Origin: Phoronis australis
Taxonomy: Eukaryota; Animalia; Phoronida
Direction: 5' to 3'
NCBI GenBank assembly: GCA_002633005.1
Contig: NMRA01000119.1
Coordinates: 248,001-312,000, forward strand
Length of the DNA: 64,000 nt
The position numbers were made by a program, and so were the translations under genes. Under the pieces are notes generated by a model. It did no database searches and was not told the origin of the DNA. It saw nothing but the letters and a program-made list of their open reading frames with translations. Within the stretch, counting starts at the first letter, position 1. The number at the start of each line of letters is the position of its first letter. This document shows positions 45,901-59,789 of the stretch, piece by piece.

Positions 45901-48900
45901 CATAAAGTCATAAAATAAAAGGAACGGTTTCCACCGCACCTTCGAGGTAGACGTCACTCACTAGTTTACACTGAAAACTGCTTAATGTTATGTCCTCCCG
46001 TACGTCTGTGTCACAAAACTTATTCTATTTTGTTTATCTGATTGTTGTTCAAGACGTCATCAATAGTTTCTCAACGTAACGTAACGCGTGAAAGCGATTC
46101 CATTAAGCATAAAAGTTTCAAAAATCGCAGACCCGGTTGATATTAAAGACAAAACATATTGACATTATCGCGTAAACCGAGTGATTGTGTTTGTATCAAA
46201 CATGAAACGTATACGAGGCAGTAACATAGTGATTTTAAAGTTAAAAATGTTGACGTTATAAGAACACTAACTGGTTGCAAGTTCGAAAAAGTTGTTTTGC
46301 AAACTAAAGTCGCCCGAGTCCACTTGCTGTTATGTGATATTTTACACTTCACACTGTTTAGTTTCAGCAAGATTGCAAAACCGTAAGAATTTCTCACAAC
46401 GATTTAGATTTTAGATATTTTGTGGACAAGCTTGACTTCCAATTTAATTTAAACATGCATTTCTCCATGTTGTAGCTTGCCAGAAACGATGGTTGAATTG
46501 TACCTTTTACCCTCATAAAATCGGTCTCATTACATTTTTATATCCTGACAGGGTTGTATTTCCGTTACCAACAAGAACATTGAAACCACAAGCGACTCAA
46601 GAAAAAACGCTTCAGAGTTTATCGGAGATGGCCAACTCTAAAATTGCCAATTCGAAAATGGCGGATGCACGCTTTTCCTATCGCTGTAAGAATTATTATG
46701 AGACCAATTTGATGAGAATTAAAATCTAATTCATTTTTTTTTACTTTTTTTAGCCATCTAAACAGGGCAAAACGCAGAATAAGCTTCTTTTTTTCTTCAT
46801 TTTAGCATACTATTACAGTACAAAGGGACCGTCAATTTTAAGACTTTATCGCAAGTGTTTCTAAACATTTCCAAGTTATACAAAAAATCTACATAATGGT
46901 ATATTGGTCACATGTGAATCGAAATCATGGTGATATTCTATTCCTTCCAGATTTCGTACAGATTGCCAGCACGCGCCTCAAAATATGACGTCACCTCGTC
47001 CCCAATCGCTCGTGTCCAATCGCTCGCCACATTTCTGGCTAAGAGAATGAGTTGCTTTCCAGAAATATAATTTCTCCTACCCCATCGCCACAAATACTCC
47101 GTAATCCTGAACTGTTTGTCATGTAACGATATTACCAAAGCGGTTGCCCCGTCCACTCATTTTATAGAAAACTGGTTGAAAACCAAGAGTTGTCGGCCTT
47201 AAATAGGTTATGAGTTTTGAGTGGAGAAGTCATCAACAACCATCGTCCCTACTAGAACACTACTCGGAGAGCTGTTGACAAGTTTTCTCGAGATCCCACA
47301 ATGATTTATTAAGTGATCACCCGAGTGATCTTGAACAGTCGCTCTACATATTTTAATGCTTTTACTTAGAAACGGGCACGCACAACGACTATCGTCTGTC
47401 AAGAGCCGAGGCAGAATCAAAGTATTTGGTATTTTAACCAATGGGCTTGTAAACATAATTGTGTGGTGTTCCATTCCAGTGCGCGTTGGAATCCAAGTGT
47501 AATAAGTGTAAAATCATAATCTGTCGGTTTTCAAAGCCAACTTCACCAATCAAGAAACTAAACTGACATTAGTGAATATTCCGATCTATTGATATTTTCA
47601 GTTAGTCACTCTCTATGGGAGCTCTCGTTTTTTATTTTATCCCTTTCAATGTTTTCATTTTTAATTAATCATGCGACGCATTTCCAATGTGTTCTGTCTT
47701 TGAAATCGTTGTCATAACCGATCATAAGTCTATCCAGCATAAAATAGCATCAAAATGTCAACAAGGAAATAAATGTTTGCTGTTTGTCCGTTCAATAAAA
47801 TAAAAATCATTTCCATTAGCTCGTTTTAACTTGTAATAGAGTATTCTATAAGTCGTGCTTTGCTTCCTGTGTGAAGTTAAACACGTTAACGAAACAAAAC
47901 AAAACTCAAAACGCATTGATGCTTCGTCAATACCCACTCGTATACAGTCGAGAGATTTCCGTTGATTTTTTCCTTTGTTTTAGAGCATGATCAGAAAATA
48001 TGTATACATTCACTATACCTGTTTGTCTAGACATACAGAGCGCACGTGCATTCGTATAAACTTCCCGTCGGTTTATTTGCAACTATTCCGACACTCTGTG
48101 GACCTATGCTCACGGAAGCGCCTACGCGTTTGCTGTTTACATTTTTTGTAAACAACGAAAATCCTTTCCAATGGTTATTATAACCTATTTAAACAGCAAA
48201 AACTTTGTAAACGATAGTCTTGGATAAATATTAAGAATTTCACTTCGTGCTGTGAAGTGTCTCTTGACACTTTCTGGTTTTGTAAATCTTCAAATTTCGT
48301 TCAGGGATTGTAGAAAATTTGGCTGCGAATCTAATGAAAATTAAACATTTTAGATTGTTTGCACTGTTAAGTGATAATGGTTTTCAAACACTGTAAAGCA
48401 GTCAACATACCTGTAAACACTTAGGATACCAGAACACCAAACAAGACAGCCCTGAAAAAAATTGTACTATGCCGTCGTTTTTGCCAATGGCTTGCTTTTT
48501 TGCTGCAGGTTTTAGAACTTATCGTCAAATGTGCGCCTTTGTCTAGTACACGTAATAATATTAACATAATAAACTTTTTAAACTATGGATATCATATTCA
48601 AGACTGAAGCACGTTGTGAGCGCTTTTGAGTTATTTTGATTTAATTAACCTTTCCAATTACGTTTGTTTAACATGGGGCGTATTTTGAATAAATAAGATT
48701 TTTAATGGCGAGCTACCGGGAAGAACATATACCTTTTGTGGACATAAATATATGGGTTTGATACTTTGCATTTCGAATATACAAATGCAGTCTCGGTGTA
48801 ATGTTACACCTCCGCAAATTGCATTTAATCTTGCATTTCGATCAACGTAATTCATTTTATCTTTGTCAACTGTTGCGCATTGCGTAACGACTCTCAGAAA

Positions 48901-51184
48901 CTCATAAAACGAGTCACTAATTAACGTTCAAAGCCGCCTTGGGTCTAAGCCTGCCGCTCGAACTCTACAACAATGCTGCCGACCGAAGCGAATGCCACAA
49001 AACAATAAAAAGTGCTTTATGACTTCTCTGGAAGAGTGATTTATTAATATATTAGACGCTTGGACTGTTGAGAGTTCCCTGATGCAGATAAAAACACTTA
49101 AACTATGAGCGTATTTAAAATATGCGAAAATATTGTCTATTAAGAATACCATAAATTTAGTCATAATGCTGAAGTTTTTGATAGAACCCAGAAGAGGCTG
49201 AGCATATTTGAACTTGGAAGAATTTGTATGTGAAGGAATCAATTTAAATGAAATGCATCAAATTTTTGTCAGCACAGATGCATGTATTCTATAAATCACC
49301 TCTATTTTTCGCATATCGTGAAACCGTGTTGAGTTGTTGACAATATGCTGCGGTTTGGACGAATTCTGAAAACAGTTGACAAAAATTAAAAGAAAGATCA
49401 CGCTGATAACTCCGTGCAAAGTGATGTGTTAATGAATTCATAATTGTTGTTGACAATGTTCGTCTTATGAATCACTTAATCACATCTAATGTAAATCTGC
49501 GGCACACGTTCGTGTGTGTAAATGAAATTTATTCTATTTATTTTATTTCGTGGCAGTGACGGATTGCAAAAAACATGCCACTAGCGTTTGGGAACACGTG
49601 GCGGATAATTGTATAATGGTAAGCGTGAATGAAAGGTTAATAATTGAAACTAATTACAAAATTAGGGGTATTACTGGCCCCGAGGAAACAGTGACTATTG
49701 AGAAAGACTTTTAAGAAATTGTAAATAGAAGACAATTGCAATGCAATTTGCGCGAAGTATTGATTTTCGAAAAACACTTATCCGCGTTATATTCTATTAC
49801 TTTCAAATACCAATTGTTTCACGTTTTGTTTATTTTTGCGTCTGTTCTTTATAAACTGCAAACATACATTTTCTGTTCTATATGGTTCGATGAAATTATC
49901 TGCATTAGTCTTATGTTTAAAAAGGTACGTTATCTATATTTTACTGAATTATTTCGTCTCAGTACGCTCGATGATTAATAAATTTAGTGTGTATTTTACC
50001 CGCTAGCTTACCAAACGAACAATGGCACGTCATAATATTAATCCGCGCGGGAAGAATGCGGTGGCAATCCCTCGTTGGGACACATTCATCAAAAACCAAT
50101 TGAAATGAAACAAAATTTCACTCGCTTTATCCACTCACCTACTCCAAACACCATCGTGAATGGGGCATGTAATGCCCGTGTTTGTCCTCGCTATAGCCAA
50201 GCGCTCTTCAAGTTTTCACGAGTGGTGCGAAGGGCGATCAAGTATTGCCTCTGACACTGAAATTCTCACCTGGGTGAGATTTATATGTTACCTGTTCAGG
50301 TAGAAGCCAAAGAAGTCTTTATATAATGCGACTAAATTGTTTGAAGAAACTCGAACTGACACGCTCGCATATATCTGGGATAAATGTTTCAATAGCGTAA
50401 AGAAACGGAATCCGAGTCTTCTTTCGCCGTGTCGTCAAATTCATGAGTCTCCTGGTATTCATACTTGGATAATACAATGAATTTGTTTACCTCAAAATTT
50501 TAATTAAACCGTACGTTGGTAGCTGGGAGTAATTGGTCCTAGGTTTGTAATGATTTCACGAACTGTTGGCTTTCTTTATTAATTTTAAGTCCCGGATTAC
50601 TTTAGATATTGGAAATAAAAATATTTTAAAAGTTAACCAGTAATGAATTTTTTTATTATTTATTTACTTATTTCATGAGTATAAGTATCAACCGCAGAAA
50701 AATCTGATTAACATTATATCTAGGGAATACCAAGATAAAATGTGAGTTTGAATTTCTTTGATAAGATTGACTCTTAACTTTACAAGTAAAAAAACAAGAA
50801 AACCTACGAGGAAAATTGTGTCGCCTGTCATGTCTAACGTACGTAATATAGGTGACAGGTTATTCTCGTAACCTCTCGTAGCAGCTGTTGTTTTGTCTTA
50901 ATTTATAATTAGGATTAATGACATGAAGAACAAGGCCATATACATTAAATAACCGGACACTGATATCGCACATCGTACGCGTACCGTAATTCTTGGGATA
51001 GCCGCCTGTATGACTAATATTCCGGTGTAAAACAAAATAGAGGAAAGGTAGGCCATAAAGAACCTTTTTTCTGAAGGTTGCATATGTTACGCATGGCTAA
51101 TACAATTGATGTTAACCGTAGTTGATTGAATATGAGCACACTTTCAAAGCAATGATACGATGCGTGACAAAAGATTCTATTACA

Positions 51185-51390
51185 ATCATACTGACGATGA
51201 TAATAATAGTAATAATAATACTGATGATGATGATGATATTGATTATGATGATAATGACAATAACATTAACAATAATAATAATAATAATATTAATAATAGT
51301 GATAGTGATAGTGATAATGATAATAATAATGATAATAATAACTATAATAATAACTATAATGAGAACAATAATAATACTAATAATAACTTA
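51185..51390. repeat. (AAT/GAT/AAC)n degenerate trinucleotide microsatellite
   Basis: Directly visible; explains the N/D-rich and I/M-rich spurious ORFs. Confidence 0.95.
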
Positions 51391-52215
51391 CCGATTAAAA
51401 CGTTTACTGGCGACTCACAAAAAGTTATTAAATAATCAAACTTCAAAATGTTATGCAATCTATAGGAGAAACATGAGGGTCATAAGTCGCAGGATTCTAA
51501 CCACATTTATTCCTGTATGTAGACAAATAGTTGCGAATAGACGTTTCGGCTAAGACGCCATCATCGCCAGGTGTGTCTACAGCTTTCACAAAGGGCAAAT
51601 ATCCTAAGCCAAGCCGAACATTTTTTATATAACTTGGTAACCATGACGCGAAGAAGATATTGTCTACATTAATCTTTCGTCGTTGCTCACGTGTCGTTTT
51701 CCATCTAGGTGGTGCTGAGAGAAATAGTTTTGTTTGGCATTCACATTTTCATTTATCCCACCCTCCAAATGTGATTACTCACGTGATATCACAGAGTAAA
51801 CAAAGACCAAGCGATAACAGCAGACAATAGCTTGGTGGAAATTAAATCTCGTGTCTGGAAACCAAATAGAACCAACGTCTGATGGTGTGTTTCTCATTTT
51901 GAAGATAACCCCAAAGTCCAGAGACAGTATAAAGAAAATGACTTTTAGGTGATCCTAAAAATCTAATAAAAAGACGACTTAAATATGTTTTTTTTCGAGA
52001 GTAAAACAATGAGAGAAGCATCGAGAAGTCGAGGTAGAGCTTCAAATTTGAAATAAAGTCTTTTAACAATCTGAAGTCAATAGTCGTTTTTTGAAAATGA
52101 GCTTTGGTGTAAGGTATGAAGAAACTTTCCAAGCGATTGTTGTTCACACCAGGGAGCCGGAGAAGTTTCAAAATCAGACGTTTTAATAAGGCAGAACATA
52201 GCTGCTCACTTTAAA

Positions 52216-52460
52216 TCGAATAACACTATTAATTACTATCGAATAACACTATTAATTACTATAGAATGACACTATTAACTACTACTACCACCACCACGAC
52301 TACTACTATTGCTGCGGTTGCTAATCATTGCTGTTAACTACTTACTAGTATTTTGGCTGCTACTAACTACTACTGCTGCTACTAGTACTACCACTACTAC
52401 TAATTACGTCTACAGTGGAGGCTGTTACTAACACCTCTCCTATTACTGATATTTTTACTA
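52216..52460. repeat. Short tandem duplication (tcgaataacactattaattacta) followed by degenerate (CTA/CTG)n microsatellite
   Basis: Directly visible. Confidence 0.8.
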
Positions 52461-55250
52461 TTACCTTCGTTGCTATAGTCACAGTAAGATCACTAAACAG
52501 AATTCAGTTTGGACACCAGAAAAAGACGTTTTGAATCAAGTTTAAAAAATTTAGGCACGTCTCAAATTTAAAACGTTGCTTTAAAAGCTAAATGCTGTTG
52601 CCAGATAGCCGAGTTTACACAGTTCTACCAAACTCTCCTATCTTATCTGGCCTCCGTCAGATATAGAATCCATCTCTATAATCTACGGTGATGCGAAATT
52701 AATGGGCTATAATGGCTGCTTGAGTACAGCTAACGAGTTTTCTCAATGTAAACAAATAAAATAAAGCTTCAGGACAGACTGAAAGCTAATTGTCACAGAA
52801 AATCTATAGGACGTTTTAATACGTGGGTATGTTGGATGTAATCTATTTAAGCTACCATTACAGTCGGGAGTGAATGGCAACGAGTGCTTGACAATCGGTG
52901 AAACGTGAAACGAGTATTGTGAGAATCGTTTAGTCAGCGTTCAGCCATAAAACCATAATGGGGTGAACGTTAATTGTTGGTAATTACTTAGGATACGTCA
53001 AAGTTGTTGGATATCTTTTGCAGATTGGTCACATGTATAAACTATAGTTTAATGTTAAATGATAATTAATCACTGACGTCACTATGCTCATCACCACCTG
53101 CATCATTAAAGTCATAACGGTTCTTGTCAATGACGACTGACACCAGGCATTGTCGCCATCGGCTTAATCACCGTAATCGCTGTAATCATTGAGCAGCGTC
53201 GTCATAGTCGTCATCAGGACCGCCTCCTTAACATTCAACGTTGCCGACGTCATTTTTGGTGTCATCGATTATCCACTTCATCTGACAACGAGGACCTATA
53301 ACACAGGTAAAAAACCTGGCAAAGCGAACAAAGTGTTTTTAATAACGTGTCGTTACACTGGCCAACATCAAACTATACCCAATGTAAAAACATATGTTAA
53401 GTATTATGATTTAGTTCAACTGATAGTACTTTAGTACGATATCGGACTATCGCTGACTTTTATTTCTTCAACTCCTTTGATTACGTAATGTGGACTGGCA
53501 TCTTGGAATCGGCACTCCAGTGCAATGACCTGGCGACAGCGTCAACTGTCGCCGGGTCTGATACGTGGAACATGATTAGCAAATGGAAGACAAAACTTGT
53601 TTGTTCTACACATTTTCACACGCAACCATGATCATCCTGAATATAAGAAACTTGTGGGCACTAATGTCATCTTTTGTATTTATCTATACCACTTAAATAA
53701 AATATGAAAAATAAAATAACAAAAGAGACTGAATGCATGAGTGTATTTGAGATTCTTATTTTCGATCTTACATCCAAGTGAAGCAGCATTTTCACTTCTT
53801 CAACAATTTACATAATATGTTGAAACGATTAAGGAGCAAGCGAAAACTGATGAAAATTTCACCAACCGTCGTAATTTCAACGAATTTAGCTCAAATTGTG
53901 TGTATCATTTAAGGAAGACCTGCGCAAAGAATCGTGTTTGAATAAAATAAGTTTTGGTTGCCAATAGATTTATTTTTAAACGAGAGAAACACGTTTTACA
54001 AAACATGTTTGTAGGGCCTAAATTTGAAAATGAATTGCTGATTTTACGGTAAAGGATCCACTGCGCAATCATCCAAGAGTGGTGTCACGCGCATTTTATG
54101 ACAAGTTTTATAGAGGGTTTATATGTAACCGGCATAGTTCACAGAGGTCCATATAAAACTCATAAATGTGACTATTTAAAACAAAACACCATACGCATCC
54201 AAGGAATGCGTTCAATCAAACAACAATTATGTCTTCGTTGCAAACAAAAAGAGACTTCGCGTGGTTTTGGAGACCCCTCAATCTGAAAAAGTTCGAGACA
54301 GATGCCAAAAACACTGCCGTGTGTTCCATCTAGAACATAGCAGTCATGGACAGCGTTAAGGCAACATATTTCAGGGGTTGAATTATTATTTTTTGACAAG
54401 CAAAGTTAAAACAACTCGAGTCGATCAAGACTTCCTAGCTGCAGGCGTGTCCCGATGTAATAACCGCATTAGCTGTGGATCTGGAACGAGCAGGCAGCGC
54501 AGCAGTTTCACTTTACATACTTCAAATTGACTTTGCAGCTTGTGCTATCATTTGACCACTGTTAGAATTTTCCGGCCTTTCTGTGTATTCAGTATTTCCT
54601 TTTTTCAAGTGCTTATTCAATCTTGTCAGAGAAAACAAATGTTTTGTTTCCATCGACTTACAAATGACAACAGGAAATTCATCGTTTTTCGATATCACGT
54701 GAACAAGTTTTATATTCAGTAGTAGTGACAGCAGAAATAATCAACCGGTGTAAACGAAAGTGGACATAATTTAGTTTAATTTTACAAAATTCTACATTTC
54801 CTACAAACTTTTCGATGTAAGTTGTGGTGGTGTTTTTTCAGTAAAACGTTCAAAACAATTGATGACATAAACTTGCATTCTTTGAATTATCATTTTCACG
54901 AATACCCTAACGTGTCCATTTTCCTAAATAAAGTCATCAACGCAACTTAAATCTAACAAGACACGAAAATAGATCCACACATATACTGTTTATTGTCTGC
55001 TTTTGACTTTATAAGATTTTTCGAAAATGACGTGAATTTTCAAAATTCGTTTTTTGTTTCGATGTCACTGAGGTCAAATTGACATATACCATGGTTCATT
55101 GAATATTTCAGTGTTTTACCTTGACCGTTTCATCGCCCCTCTTTCTCGTTTCTCGGGTTTCTCTTGCGAGGGATATTTGAGCGACCAATGTCTATAGAAG
55201 TTGCCGGAGAGAGTCAATACCCGTGACGTGTGAACAAAAGTGTCAATTAA

Positions 55251-55256
55251 TTTATT
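55251..55256 (-). terminator. Candidate NK2.1 polyadenylation signal (AATAAA on minus); second candidate 54989-54994
   Basis: tttatt on plus about 840 nt past the stop codon, after an AU-rich 3' UTR-like stretch. Confidence 0.4.
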
Positions 55257-56095
55257 TCAAAAACATGGAATAAAATTACAACTCTTTGCAATTTCCAATA
55301 TGTCATTCTATATTTACAACATAGACCGGTCTGTTCGAACATAATATAACTACATGAATACAAGGAATTGGCATTTCTGGAGTTTTTGGTTTGTTGATCT
55401 CAAAAAACAACAAAAATAAATAAAAAAGATATCAATAATAAAAAATGCCATTTGTGAAAAATATCGAAAATTGATTCTATTTGTTCCCAGGGGGAGACTG
55501 TAATCGCCGCACTATCGTGTGAAAGCTCTGGCGACAAAAATAAATAACATTGGAATGACAAGTTAATGTACATATGTATATATATATGTATATAAATACG
55601 TACAAAATATTTACATTATCAATAGACTAATGGGTACGAAACTAAATGACCAACGAATAAACAAGAAATGGAATGTAACAGTTTAACGAACGAAATTACG
55701 AAGATGTCCAAGACAATTACACAAAAACACAGCTTAAAACATACATTTTAAAACTTATAAACTTTAAAAATTAACGTCTAACAACCCCATAACGAAATTT
55801 TGGCAGCTTTGACTACAATTTTCGATGTTTCATAGAGTGATTGTTCGTCCAGAAACAATAGGCAGTGTCGCCTAATCTCCAACTGGTATGTGATACTACC
55901 AAAGAAGTAAATTAGTAGTTGACTTTCATGAATAAATTTTTTAAATGAATCAGATATTTGTTGGGCTGAGGGACTCTGAAATCATTTTGGTTTAACAACG
56001 ACAAGGTTGCCAAAAATAGCAATAAACAGCTTGGTACATTTAGTCACAAAAGAGCACAATTTGTTGTATAAGAACTGTTCCTACTATGAAGCTTT

Positions 56096-56652
56096 TCACC
56101 ACGTCCTCGTATTATCCAATAAATACTGCGAAGCGACTTCCGCCCCAAGTCCAGAGTTCGTGTACTGAATTATTTGAGAGTTTTGAGAATTCAGTGGTGG
56201 CGAATGAGAGGAACTTGAATTCGTCGTCTGCGGTGTAGTGTCTCCTCCACACGGTTTACCGTCTTTCACTAAAACCGGCACAGCAACGCGTCGTGGCGAC
56301 GGTGGTTGTTCACGATTATTTTGTTCCATCTTCTCTTTATCCTTTTGTGCACGCTTGAACTTGTAGCGGTGGTTTTGGAACCAGATTTTTATTTGAGTCG
56401 GTGTCAAGTTAATCATACTCGCCATGTGTTCCCTCTCGGGTGCGGAGAGATATTTTTGCTGCTTAAATCGCCTTTCTAGCTCATACACTTGCGCTTGCGA
56501 AAATAGCACTCGTCGTTTTCTTCTCTGTGTCAAGGGAAACTGCAGACGTTGTTGATCGTAACCGTGGTAACCAGTCATAGGGTTCATACCAATACCTCCA
56601 GACATTGATGAGACTCCGTGAGCACAAGAATTGGGGTTCATAAGCCGTGATA
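56096..56652 (-). CDS. NKX2-1: NK2.1 coding exon 2 (homeodomain, NK2-SD, stop)
   Basis: ttttccag acceptor (plus ctggaaaa 56653-56660); TGA at 56098-56096. Confidence 0.96.
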
Positions 56653-59600
56653 CTGGAAAACAGGGTATGAGTTACTTTCAAAACAGCTATTTAAAGAACG
56701 ATATCTACCAGGTTAGATTAAACATAACATACGTGGAAATATTTAAAATCAATCAATAAACATATATCGATTTTCAATGTTTACAAACTACCGTTTAAAA
56801 CTGCTAAAGTTTTTGAGAGAATACAAGCAAAGTGAAATCGAAATTTATTTTTTATAAAATTTAAAAATATCATTAGAAAATAATTACATTGATTACGATG
56901 ACAATTGACGGCTTTAATTTTCACTTTGATGTTTTATTCAATCAAAGTTGAAAATAGGAAAAGCACTTTTAAATTAGCGTACGCGAAATACCGGAGCTAA
57001 TCTTCGACAATTTATCACAGAAGAAACAAGAGATAATTGTATTGGTTTGAATTGGGGTCAATGCCTAAGATCACCATTTACATGGATACGTCTTTTCGTC
57101 GGGGTTAAGAAAATCAACTGATAGCTCAGGTAGACTGCAATGGAACCCTAAAATTTGTACGAAAATCAAAGTGTACTGTCTAATTTGGAACAGAGAGACG
57201 ACAATGGAATACGCCAAAAATCCACACACTGGTTAAACATCGTGTTTAAAAGGACAGTATCGTTTTTACTCAAAAGAGACATTTTTGTAATTGTTATTGG
57301 ATGAGAAAGGCTTTTTGAAGTTATTAGCTTTAACCAGAAAATCTTTGTTCTCGCCGAAAATGTCACTTAAGTTAAGCGATACAAGCACTCACGTTATTAA
57401 TTGTTACAGAAGCTTGAACTAATTTATCATTGGATTTTACGGAGATGAAATCTTGGTCGTGTAACACGGTAATTTTTTTATTTATGGTGCGCTCGAATTT
57501 TCATAAGAAAAGTTACAGATGTACACAATACGTACACGCTACAATATTTACAAAGAACGTTCTTAGCTAGGTAGAAATACATGTTTATATTTTTGGTTGC
57601 ATAAATTAAAAGACTGACTCAAGTTTTATTGCACTAAACTCTTACACCCCGCAAGATATTTTCTTCCCTTTTAACGCATAGCTAATTGATTGTGTATAGA
57701 CCCCATAATTGAATAATGTATTGAATAATTTTTACTATTTATCGACGTACCGGTTTAACTGTCGTTAATGACGCTTAAGTGACAAGCTTAAAGATCTTGT
57801 CGACGTATATGAAGAATTACAATTTAATTATAGGAGGCAACGATTAAGCTGAACTTAATTTGCACTCCGTGGATGTTTCCTTCGCTGTGCACAATGAACA
57901 GGGGTTACACATTTGTTCTACCTATATATTAACATTTTACAATTCCGGTTTGAAAATGTCTAAATTAAAATTTAGTTTAAATATTAAATGATAAAAATGA
58001 ACACCTGTGGTCAGAACCATGTTTTGAATTGAGCACCGAATGTATGTCGTAGGGCATAGTCTTGGGTTTCAGTTGGTATCCGTGTAATCTTGAAAATATT
58101 TTAAACAGTGACTGGTTATCATTAAAAATGATAAACTACATTTCCCGACAGACAGTGAAGCGATGACACGCGAGGCATAACTAGTGCTTGCTACGAAAAC
58201 ACAACTGCTGTAAAATATAAGATGGTTCAATTTTTCCGCAGTTTATTCTCTGCCATAACATGTGATTTAATATATATATGTAACCAGTATAATCGAGAAG
58301 TACACATGAAGTGAAATTATGGATACACGTAATTCACAGGTATTTCAGCAGAAATTTATCAATATTCTCATATTCATTTCTCAACAACTGACTGTATCTT
58401 ACTATAAGTGATCAAAATTCTCATAAAAGTTGTTTCATGTCAGCTATAGATTACAAATCGTGACAATTATGAGTGGGTTTTTCTTCACGTTTGTTTCCGT
58501 TTTTTCTTCTATATTGTATGTTAGACAGGTGAAGATCTAGCACATTATCAAGACATTGGAGGTGACTGACTCGCTGACAGCCGGCCTGCTGTTGACATAT
58601 AGTTACCAAAACGAGACATCACTGCTTAGTATGATAAGAAGCGAAATATTCTATTTATTTTACCGATGATCCCGGGGTAGATTCGTCCCTTTTAAACAAA
58701 CAAAGAGATTTTGTCCATTTGCGCCAATTAAAATGTCAAAATGACTTCATACGGTGATAAATTGGGATGCCGATAATTGTGAATATCAGTCAATTTTAAT
58801 TAGTGTCATTGGTGATCATGGGGAATTAACTCGTTTGTAGGGCCTAATGTAGAAACGAAGACACTCTTAACGTTGATGGTCAGCTAAAAATAGCAAGATA
58901 AAATTTTGAAAATTATTATGTTAATAACACGAACTAAAAATGAAAATGTCACGAATTAAAAATGTAAAGTGTGACTTGTTCATAAAACATAATACGTAAT
59001 TAAAAGTATAGCTGGTAGCCTATCTGAACTGAAGTGTTGCAGAATTTTAAGTGGAATAATACGATGCTAAGTATCTTGTTGATGTTAGCGGAATTGGTTT
59101 ATGATGATTTTTGATGGTGGAAACAATCAATTGAAAACGAGGGAAGTTGATAAAAATCGTGTGATTCAAGTCTCTTACAAGACTCGAGTGAAGGGTATGA
59201 AGAGTAGGCAACGAGATCTCTTGACTCGATTCAAGTGCTACCGACTCCGATGAAGAGTCCTTGGGGGTTCTCCTGGCCCATCATGTGATCTTGACACTAA
59301 TTTAGTGTCGATTTCCAAAAATAGCGCAGCCAAATAAAATCTAAAAAACTTACTCGTGAGACGTGGGTCCGCGCTTGCACCGTACCATGACGACGTAGAA
59401 TGACGTACGTCGCCGTAATGAGAAATGTCGCCGCTGTTGCAGTACTGTGGCGGAAACGTCGGTGTGTGATGAGACAACTGAGGTACGTTGTAGTACGGGT
59501 TCCCGGCTGGTCCGTTCATGGTTTGTCGACCGTTCTGCGGGTAGACGCTTAGAGGCGGGATATGTGCCTCAATCGATGTCTTTCTATAGCTTTCTTCCAA

Positions 59601-59663
59601 AGGGTGACTGAGTATATCCGTCACGCTGAACGGTGTCGTGTGTTTGGGGCTTAGGGACATCAT
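56096..59663 (-). CDS. NKX2-1: NK2.1 / NKX2-1/2-4 (TTF-1/scarecrow family) homeobox transcription factor, join complement(59354..59663,56096..56652), 288 aa
   Basis: N-terminal TN/eh1 motif [17 protein letters not shown]; SWYG..DPR-ISRLM junction; NK2 homeodomain [33 protein letters not shown]...[10 protein letters not shown] with Tyr54; NK2-specific domain [17 protein letters not shown]; C-terminal RTW*; phase-1 GT-AG intron 56653-59353. Confidence 0.96.
59354..59663 (-). CDS. NKX2-1: NK2.1 coding exon 1 (TN domain, Tyr-rich region)
   Basis: ATG at 59663; GTAAGT donor (plus strand acttac 59348-59353); 310 nt. Confidence 0.94.
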
Positions 59664-59789
59664 CCCGCTTATAAACTCGAGTAAACGCCAAGTACTCCGA
59701 AAGGTGCTCCATGTATATCCACGAATTCTGACAAATGAGCGGCGAGGATGGTCGACGCATGCGCGCGGCGCGACGGTTTCTGGATATTG

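Noticed and set aside
46628-46790. YY1-like AAAATGGCGG promoter motif
   Set aside because: Adjoins sequence similar to 18480-18570, so probably part of a dispersed repeat.
51122-51553. Ile/Met-rich and Asn/Asp-rich ORFs
   Set aside because: Translations of an (AAT/GAT)n microsatellite.
56096-59663. Assignment as NKX2-2 or NKX2-5/tinman
   Set aside because: [45 protein letters not shown] and the terminal RTW are diagnostic of the NK2.1 (NKX2-1/2-4) family.
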